Below, one piece after another: positions 43,948 through 50,564 of a stretch of DNA of 50,564 bases. Every line of letters begins with the position of its first letter. Positions within the stretch are counted from its first letter, which is position 1. The DNA is from a virus. Lineage: Duplodnaviria > Caudoviricetes. The notes under the pieces were generated by a model, which worked only from the letters and a program-made list of their open reading frames with translations, did not search any database and was not told where the DNA came from. Position numbers and translations under genes: made by a program. The DNA is taken from the IMG/VR virus record IMGVR_UViG_3300034691_000007, positions 1 through 50,564 of that record; one strand, 5' to 3'.

Positions 43948-45639
43948 ATGAGCACGCTCAACGTAGACACAATCGCCAACACTGCTGGTACTGTCTCCAT
44001 CCCATTGCCATCAGTAGAGATTAAACGAGAGTCTTACGTCTCGCTTGGCAACTGGACTGCTGGACTGACCATCACTGACTTTGATCAGACCTTCACCTAC
44101 AATGGCATCATCTATCGCCCTAAGGCAACCACGGTACTGCCATACACTACTGCTGTAGTGAACACCGACCTGAACTACTTCACCCAGCTTGCTAGTGCAG
44201 GCCCGTATGTTTTCCCAGAAGACTTCGGTGCTGTAGGGGATGGTGTGACTGATGACCGCACTGCCCTGTTGGCAGCCTTCACCGCTGCTGGCACCAAAGG
44301 TGCAACTGTAGTGCTGCGTAAGCGCTATCTGGTTGACAGTGGTGACTTGACCCTGCCTGAGAACCTGCGCCTTGAAGGCACATTCTCCCCTTACGGTATC
44401 CTGCCTTGGCAGACTACCACTGAGGTGCATGCACTCAACTCCACCATCATCCTCAACCCTAGCTACCGCATTGTGTTTGTAGCTGGTGGTCAACTGCATA
44501 ACCTATCTGTAATCCGTAAGGGCCTGACAGTTGCAGAAGCAACCACTGCTAACTTCACTGGCACTGCCTTGTATGGTCAGGGCCTGTATGGTGGTGTATA
44601 TCCAAACGAACATGACGGCATCGTGCTGTCGCACCTTCAGGTAATCGGGTTTAATACCCTCGGCTACTTCGACATGTGCCCTCGGATGGAGATTGAGTAT
44701 GTCTCTGGTGACAACATCAACGGCTTTAACTTCGGTACTGTGTACGATGTACAACGCCTGAAGAACTGCCATATGTGGCCATACAGCACTATCGGTGCTG
44801 GTGCTTCTGGCACCAACCTGAACCGTGGTGGTATCGCTTACTACTTCCGCCTGCGTAACGATATCATGCAGATGGAAGGTTGCTTCTCGTATGGCTACTA
44901 TCGTGGTGTTGTGTTCGATGATGGTATCGGTACTGGTACTATGGTCAACTGCGCTTTCGACAACACTGGGGCCAACACTCAGTCTGGCTCGATCGGTGTA
45001 CTGATCGAAGGGACTTCTACCTACTCGAACTTCATTGGCGTAATCGCTTACGGTAATGACCACGGGTTTTGGATCACTGCTGCTGCAACTGACAACCTCG
45101 TGTTCGATAACTGCCGCGCAGTGGGCAACCTCACTAACGCAGTACACATTGAACGTGGTGGCATTCGTTGGGTTAACGGTACGCTTGCAGGCTCGGTGAA
45201 TGGTGTTACCATCACTGGTGCAAGTTCCCGTCTGGACATCAGTCAGACCAGCTTCACTGACATGTCTAGCACCAACATCCTTGCCTCCAACTCTGCTCAG
45301 GTATACCCAAGCAATAACAAGTACAACAACACAGCAGGTATTGGTGGGTTTGTAATCCCAACCGTTGCCTCTGCTGACCCATTGGTACTCCCAATGAGCA
45401 GCGACGTAGTTGCTGTAAGTGGTTCTACTGGCTTCGGTAACTTGAACTATGGCTGGGCTGGCCGTGTTGTAACCTTGTTCTTCACAGGTTCCGTTACTGT
45501 TTTCAACGGAACTACCGGTGTTGTTAGTGTTATGCACTTGAATGGTGCCACTAGCTTCAACGCTGTAGCGAACAACACTCTTACACTGATGCACAACGGC
45601 AGCTACTGGGTAGAGATTGCCCGTTCACTTAACTCCTAA
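43948..45639 (+). CDS. Tailspike / polysaccharide depolymerase (pectate-lyase-like beta-helix)
   Basis: DFGAVGDGVTDDRTAL..AF motif followed by beta-helix-type N/G-rich rungs and a C-terminal beta domain. Confidence 0.85.
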   Translation: MSTLNVDTIANTAGTVSIPLPSVEIKRESYVSLGNWTAGLTITDFDQTFTYNGIIYRPKATTVLPYTTAVVNTDLNYFTQLASAGPYVFPEDFGAVGDGVTDDRTALLAAFTAAGTKGATVVLRKRYLVDSGDLTLPENLRLEGTFSPYGILPWQTTTEVHALNSTIILNPSYRIVFVAGGQLHNLSVIRKGLTVAEATTANFTGTALYGQGLYGGVYPNEHDGIVLSHLQVIGFNTLGYFDMCPRMEIEYVSGDNINGFNFGTVYDVQRLKNCHMWPYSTIGAGASGTNLNRGGIAYYFRLRNDIMQMEGCFSYGYYRGVVFDDGIGTGTMVNCAFDNTGANTQSGSIGVLIEGTSTYSNFIGVIAYGNDHGFWITAAATDNLVFDNCRAVGNLTNAVHIERGGIRWVNGTLAGSVNGVTITGASSRLDISQTSFTDMSSTNILASNSAQVYPSNNKYNNTAGIGGFVIPTVASADPLVLPMSSDVVAVSGSTGFGNLNYGWAGRVVTLFFTGSVTVFNGTTGVVSVMHLNGATSFNAVANNTLTLMHNGSYWVEIARSLNS

Positions 45640-45645
45640 GGAGAA

Positions 45646-45661
45646 GGGCCAAGGATGGCCC
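45646..45661 (+). promoter_or_regulatory. GGA-loop hairpin, putative CsrA/RsmA binding site, in the terS initiation region
   Basis: GGGCC-AAGGAT-GGCCC between the TAAGGAG SD and ATG 45671. Confidence 0.55.
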
Positions 45662-45670
45662 ACCCCAACT

Positions 45671-46183
45671 ATGATTGATAAGAACAGATTTCTAGACACT
45701 ACAGGCAGACCTCTTACTCAAAGCATCTTCTTGGAGATTGGCTATACAGAGTACGCAGTCTATACCCTTAAAGAATTCGACTACATGTACAAGGGCCAGT
45801 ACTACCCGTCCTTGAAGAAGCTCTTCCTAGAGTGTGAAGACCCAACCGAATATGAATTTGCAACTAAGCACCTTCTCGGCTGGCAGCACTGGAAGCGTCT
45901 ATGTGAGAACAAACAGATTGCACGTCACGTTGCTGAGTGGCGAGAAGAACTGGAACTCAAGATTCGTTCTAACGCTGTACGGGAAATGCAAGCCCTGTGC
46001 GGTAGCGAGAATGGCAACTACAGTGCTGCAAAGTTCTTGGCCGACCGTGGCTGGGATAAACGTGCTGCTGGCCGTCCAAGCAAGAATGAGCTGGAGAAGG
46101 AAACTCGTATTGCAGAACATATTGCCAACGAGTTCAGTGATGATATTGCTCGACTCTCGTTGGTGGTAGATAATGGAAAGTGA
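45671..46183 (+). CDS. terS: Putative terminase small subunit
   Basis: 170 aa directly upstream of and overlapping terL; helical, with a basic AGRPSK motif. Confidence 0.65.
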   Translation: MIDKNRFLDTTGRPLTQSIFLEIGYTEYAVYTLKEFDYMYKGQYYPSLKKLFLECEDPTEYEFATKHLLGWQHWKRLCENKQIARHVAEWREELELKIRSNAVREMQALCGSENGNYSAAKFLADRGWDKRAAGRPSKNELEKETRIAEHIANEFSDDIARLSLVVDNGK

Positions 46184-47780
46184 TGACGAATGGCTGGTAA
46201 AGGCCAAGCAGAAGCTAGCTAGAATGCCACCACAGGCAAAGGAAGTAAGAGAGCGGGCACTCACCGACCTTTACTTCTTCGCCCGTCTGGTGAACCCCGG
46301 CTACGTCTATGGTGATGTACACCGTGAAGTCTTTGCTTGGATGCAAGAGTACACTCTGTTTGGTCAGGGTGAAGATGGTGCCAACAAACTTGTTATGCTG
46401 CCTCGTGCTCACCTTAAGAGCCACATGGTAGCGACTTGGGCAGCATGGGTGATCGCACGTAGCCCTGAGGTAACGATGCTGTATGTATCGGCCACAGCGG
46501 GCCTTGCAGACACTCAGCTATACGCTATCAAGAACATCCTTAGTTCTGACATCTTCATGCGTTACTTCCCAGAATACATCAATCCACAAGAAGGTAAACG
46601 TGAGAAGTGGTCTAGCACCATGATCAGCGTTGACCATGAGCAGCGACGTAAGGAGGGTATCCGTGATGCTACCATCAGTACCGCAGGACTCACAACCAAC
46701 ACCACTGGATGGCACGCAGACATTATCATCGCGGATGACTTGGTGGTGCCAGAGAACGCTTACACTGAAGATGGCCGTGAATCTGTTAGCAAAAAAGCCA
46801 GCCAGTTCACCTCCATCCGAAACGCTGGTGGACTTACCATGGCGTGTGGTACACGATACCACCCGGTTGACATTTACGATGTATGGAGGAACCAGCTCTA
46901 CGACGTCTACGACGACGATGGAGTGATGATTGACCGTAAGCCTGTGTGGGACATCAAAGAGTTCGCTGTAGAGAAGGAGGGTATCTTTACGTGGCCCAGA
47001 ACTGTACGTACTGACGGCAAGGCCTTTGGCTTTGACATGAGAGTGCTTGCACGCATCAGGGCAGAGTATTCTGACACAGTTCAATACTATGCTCAGTATT
47101 ACAATGACCCCAACGATCCGGGCAGTGACCGTATCAGCCGAGACAAGTTTCAGTATTACAACCCACGGGCCTTGAAGAAGGATGGTGGCAAGTGGTTCTA
47201 CAATGGTCGTCGGTTGAATGTCTATGCAGCAGTTGACTTTGCATTCTCCCTCTCTAAGAACGCTGACTACACAGCTATCGTAGTGATTGGGATTGACAAT
47301 GAGAGCAATATCTACATCCTTGACATTGATCGGTTCAAGTCTGACAAGACGATTGAATACTTCCAACACATCAAAGACCTGCATGTCAAATGGAACTTTG
47401 CTAAGCTCCGGGCAGAGGTCACTGTAGCGCAGAAGGTAATCGTTAACGGTATCAAAGACTACCTGAAGAAAGATGGTCTTCGTCTTGCAGTAGATGAGTA
47501 TCGTCCAAGTCGTGCAGAAGGTTCCAAGGAAGAGCGTATCGCTGCCAGCCTTGAGCACAAGTATGATAACTTGGAGGTATGGCACCTAGAAGGCGGATGG
47601 ACACAAGTTCTCGAAGAGGAGCTGGTGTTGGCACGCCCTGCACACGATGACATCAAGGATGCCCTTGCAAGCGCTGTAGGCATTGCTGTACCCCCTGCCC
47701 GTAGTGGTGGGTCCAAGATAAAAGATTTTCTACCTACCTCAAATACTCGTACCCGCTTCGGCGGAGTAGCATTCAGATAA
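46173..47780 (+). CDS. terL: Terminase large subunit
   Basis: Walker A-like PRAHLKS, Walker B IIADD, GTRY, QYYNDP, nuclease VDFA and HDDIKDA motifs. Confidence 0.93.
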   Translation: MESDDEWLVKAKQKLARMPPQAKEVRERALTDLYFFARLVNPGYVYGDVHREVFAWMQEYTLFGQGEDGANKLVMLPRAHLKSHMVATWAAWVIARSPEVTMLYVSATAGLADTQLYAIKNILSSDIFMRYFPEYINPQEGKREKWSSTMISVDHEQRRKEGIRDATISTAGLTTNTTGWHADIIIADDLVVPENAYTEDGRESVSKKASQFTSIRNAGGLTMACGTRYHPVDIYDVWRNQLYDVYDDDGVMIDRKPVWDIKEFAVEKEGIFTWPRTVRTDGKAFGFDMRVLARIRAEYSDTVQYYAQYYNDPNDPGSDRISRDKFQYYNPRALKKDGGKWFYNGRRLNVYAAVDFAFSLSKNADYTAIVVIGIDNESNIYILDIDRFKSDKTIEYFQHIKDLHVKWNFAKLRAEVTVAQKVIVNGIKDYLKKDGLRLAVDEYRPSRAEGSKEERIAASLEHKYDNLEVWHLEGGWTQVLEEELVLARPAHDDIKDALASAVGIAVPPARSGGSKIKDFLPTSNTRTRFGGVAFR

Positions 47781-47790
47781 GGAACAACGC

Positions 47791-49545
47791 ATGTCTACGA
47801 AAGTAGCAGAACTGGAACACATGTTTGCACAAGACGACTGCTCGCAATGGGTCGGCTACATGTGGAAGAAGTTTAACGACCAACGTCGTGAATGGATTGA
47901 GGAGAAGAAAGAACTCCGCAACTACATCTTCGCAACCGATACAAGCTCTACCAGCAACGGGACTCTCCCGTGGAAGAACTCCACTACCATCCCCAAACTG
48001 TGCCAAATCAGGGACAACCTGCACTCCAACTACCTCTCGTCTCTGTTTCCAAATGACGACTGGCTGAAGTGGCAGGGCTATGGCAAGGACGATAGTGTCA
48101 AGCTGAAGGCCAAAGCCATTCAGTCTTACATGGACAACAAATGCCGTGAAGGTCACTTCCGTACAGAAATGTCTAAGCTGTTGCTGGACTACATTGACTA
48201 TGGCAATGCGTTCGCTACATGCTCGTTTGAATCCAAGTACAAGACCATGCCAGATGGCTCCGTGGTTCCAGATTACATTGGCCCTCGCCTTGTACGTATC
48301 AGCCCTATGGATATTGTCTTCAACCCACTTGCTACAGACTTCCTAAGTACCTTCAAGATCATCCGGTCTGTGAAGACCATAGGAGAGCTTAAGCGCCTCG
48401 CTCAAGACGAACCTGAGCAGGCCTTCTGGCAAGTAGCTGTAGACCGCCGTGCGGAGCTTCAGGGCCGTTTGGGGGCATATAGTATTGAGGACTTCGACAA
48501 GGCTATTGGGTTTCAGGTAGATGGCTTTGGTAACATGTACGAATACTACATGTCTGACTTCGTTGAGGTGCTGGAATTCTATGGCGACTACCATGACCAG
48601 AAGACTGGCGAGCTTTACATCAACAAGGTTATTACAGTCGTTGACAGGTCCTGTGTGGTCCGTGAGGACAACATTCCTAGCTGGCTTGGTCATGCCCCTA
48701 TCTATCACGTAGGATGGCGTGTACGGCCTGACAACCTCTGGGCGATGGGTCCATTGGACAACTTGGTAGGTATGCAATACCGTATCGACCACTTGGAGAA
48801 TCTTCGAGCTGATGCTGCTGACCTTATCATCCACCCACCACTGAAGATCATTGGTGACGTAGAAGAGTTTGAGTGGGGCCCTAATGCTGAAATCCATATT
48901 GCCGAAGGTGGTGATGTGGGTGAAGTAAGCAAGAGCTTCCAAGGTGTTATGCTGGCTGCCAACGATATCCAGATGTATGAGGACCGTATGGAACTCTATG
49001 CTGGTGCTCCTCGTGAAGCTATGGGTATCCGTACTCCCGGCGAGAAGACCGCCCTTGAAGTTCAGACGCTCTCTAACGCTGCTGGTCGAATCTTCCAAGA
49101 GAAGATTACCACCTTTGAGATTGAGCTGCTTGAACGCGTCCTGAACGCCATGCTGGAGACCTCACGCCGTAACATGGATGGGTCTGACATCATTCGTGTA
49201 ATGGATGATGACATTGGCGTTGCTGACTTCATGCAAATCACCAAGGAAGACATTACAGCCAATGGTAAAATCCGTCCTGTAGGTGCTCGTCACTTCGCTA
49301 AGCAGTCTCAAGACTTGCAGAACGTTGTGGGTGTATTCAACTCCCCTATTGGTCAGATGATCTTGCCTCACACCAGCTCTGTAGCTATGGCTAACTTCGT
49401 CTCTGACGTCATTGGTCTCTCTGGCTATGAACTGTTCCGTCCGAACGTTGCTGTTGCTGAACAAGCCCAGACTCAATCTCTGGCTAACCAAGCACAGGAA
49501 GACAACCAAGTACAGGCTTCGGTTCCACCTGAGGGCGTTCAATGA
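47791..49545 (+). CDS. Portal protein
   Basis: 584 aa after terL; DYGNAF and KTALEV motifs typical of podovirus portals. Confidence 0.88.
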   Translation: MSTKVAELEHMFAQDDCSQWVGYMWKKFNDQRREWIEEKKELRNYIFATDTSSTSNGTLPWKNSTTIPKLCQIRDNLHSNYLSSLFPNDDWLKWQGYGKDDSVKLKAKAIQSYMDNKCREGHFRTEMSKLLLDYIDYGNAFATCSFESKYKTMPDGSVVPDYIGPRLVRISPMDIVFNPLATDFLSTFKIIRSVKTIGELKRLAQDEPEQAFWQVAVDRRAELQGRLGAYSIEDFDKAIGFQVDGFGNMYEYYMSDFVEVLEFYGDYHDQKTGELYINKVITVVDRSCVVREDNIPSWLGHAPIYHVGWRVRPDNLWAMGPLDNLVGMQYRIDHLENLRADAADLIIHPPLKIIGDVEEFEWGPNAEIHIAEGGDVGEVSKSFQGVMLAANDIQMYEDRMELYAGAPREAMGIRTPGEKTALEVQTLSNAAGRIFQEKITTFEIELLERVLNAMLETSRRNMDGSDIIRVMDDDIGVADFMQITKEDITANGKIRPVGARHFAKQSQDLQNVVGVFNSPIGQMILPHTSSVAMANFVSDVIGLSGYELFRPNVAVAEQAQTQSLANQAQEDNQVQASVPPEGVQ

Positions 49546-49787
49546 AAATCTCATGGACTAAGGGGCTAGACAAAGAACAGCAACTAGATGTCCGTGGCAA
49601 CTACAAGGAGGCCCTCGTAATGAGGCGTCGCCTTGTGGTGATGCTTAAGGACAAGATTGAGCTGTCTGCCAAGGCTGGGCGCTCCAAGGAACTCTATGAG
49701 TCTCCTAACTGGGCTTACCTCCAAGCTGATGCAAGAGGGTATGAACGGGCTATTTCTGACGTTATTGACTTAATTTCAGAAGATTAA
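49542..49787 (+). CDS. Hypothetical protein (81 aa)
   Basis: ATGA-coupled to the portal gene. Confidence 0.7.
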   Translation: MKISWTKGLDKEQQLDVRGNYKEALVMRRRLVVMLKDKIELSAKAGRSKELYESPNWAYLQADARGYERAISDVIDLISED

Positions 49788-49794
49788 AAATAGT

Positions 49795-49825
49795 TTGTAT
49801 CTTTTTCACTCAAAAACGACTCTAG
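49795..49825 (+). promoter_or_regulatory. Putative phage-sigma late promoter, copy A, upstream of the scaffold/capsid operon
   Basis: TTGTATC-N16-GACTCTAG. Confidence 0.8.
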
Positions 49826-49919
49826 TATAGTACTAGTATACTTATTAGTTAAAAAGAACATTAGAAGCACTAAGCATTAAATACTTCTAATGTTCTCTAA
49901 TTACTTAAAGGAAATAACA

Positions 49920-50564
49920 ATGGCCGACCAGCCTAATGTTTTTGATACACCTGTTGCTCCAGTAGTGGAGCCACAAAGCGCTCCTGCTCCATCTGATGCG
50001 CCTTATGCAGACCTGCTTAAGCTCATCAAGAATGAAGAAGGACAACAGAAGTATGACAGTCTTCCGAAAGCGTTGGAAGGCCTTGTGAATGCGCAACAAT
50101 ACATTCCGCAGTTGAAAACTGAACTCCAACAAAAGGAGACGGAATTGAATGAGTTGCGTGCTAAACTGGCCCAACAAGCTTCCATAGAAGAAGTCGTATC
50201 TCGACTTGCTGCCAAACCTAATCAGCCAGAAGTGAAGGAGCCACCCCTCCAAGCTAGCGGACTTGATGAGAAAGCAGTTATGGATTTGCTTGAACAGCGT
50301 CTGCAACAGCGTGAACAAACCGCTGTATATGCGACTAACACTCAAGTGGTCCAAGATGCCCTCGTTGCTAAATATGGTGACAAGGCCGGTGAAGTAATCG
50401 CCACACGAGCAAAGGCTCTCGGCACTACTCCACAGGAGCTGGGCAAACTAGCTAGTCAGAACCCTGCGTTGGTTCTTGAACTCTTCAATACTTCGGCTCC
50501 GAAAGGGCCAACCCCTACCACTTCTAGTGTCAACACTTCTGGCTTCAAGCCGCAAGAACAAGAC
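49920..50564 (+). CDS. Capsid scaffolding protein, 5' part (ends at 241 after the junction)
   Basis: AAGGA RBS; Pro/acidic N-terminus and coiled coil; position between portal and capsid genes. Missing from the ORF track because its stop lies beyond the contig end. Confidence 0.8.
   Translation, partial: MADQPNVFDTPVAPVVEPQSAPAPSDAPYADLLKLIKNEEGQQKYDSLPKALEGLVNAQQYIPQLKTELQQKETELNELRAKLAQQASIEEVVSRLAAKPNQPEVKEPPLQASGLDEKAVMDLLEQRLQQREQTAVYATNTQVVQDALVAKYGDKAGEVIATRAKALGTTPQELGKLASQNPALVLELFNTSAPKGPTPTTSSVNTSGFKPQEQD

Noticed and set aside
235-49554. Long antisense ORFs (e.g. 235-1146, 6864-8141, 12374-13573, 30483-31979, 44503-45594, 46518-47585)
   Set aside because: They shadow real genes in the mirror frame, an expected result of strong codon bias. 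They lack RBSs and recognisable motifs.
50438-50564. 127-bp end repeat as a biological direct terminal repeat
   Set aside because: It interrupts the scaffold gene and matches a typical assembler k-mer overlap. The real ends are more likely near 41600-42300.

Overview
The window is a complete, circularly permuted lytic podophage genome of 50,437 bp. Bases 50438-50564 duplicate bases 1-127, which looks like an assembler overlap. The genome has two convergent arms that meet at a terminator near 15115. The plus-strand arm (42317 through the origin to 15109) carries tail fibre/spike, terminase, portal, scaffold, capsid, tail tube, ejection and lysis genes. The minus-strand arm (~41500 down to 15191) carries sigma70 early promoters, many small early genes, a phiEco32/LUZ24-type peptide-ligase cluster, T7-like primase-helicase, an ECF-type sigma factor, family A DNA polymerase, exonuclease, ThyX, PhoH and a class II ribonucleotide reductase. 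I see no RNA polymerase, integrase, tRNA or CRISPR array. The architecture fits Zobellviridae (PA11/ICP2/CVT22-like); that assignment and a Pseudomonas-like host are inferences. The most novel-looking signals are regulatory: (1) a TTGTATC-N16-GACTCTAG motif in three copies, probably the promoter for the phage sigma, with one copy antisense and followed by a G-free tract and a terminator (candidate sRNA or origin); (2) a ~370-nt strand-specifically structured untranslated RNA after an early promoter; (3) a canonical CsrA/RsmA-type hairpin in the terS initiation region. A five-enzyme amide-bond cluster with unusual domain fusions and an apparently branched two-RBP tail also stand out. All calls were made by eye; no searches were run.
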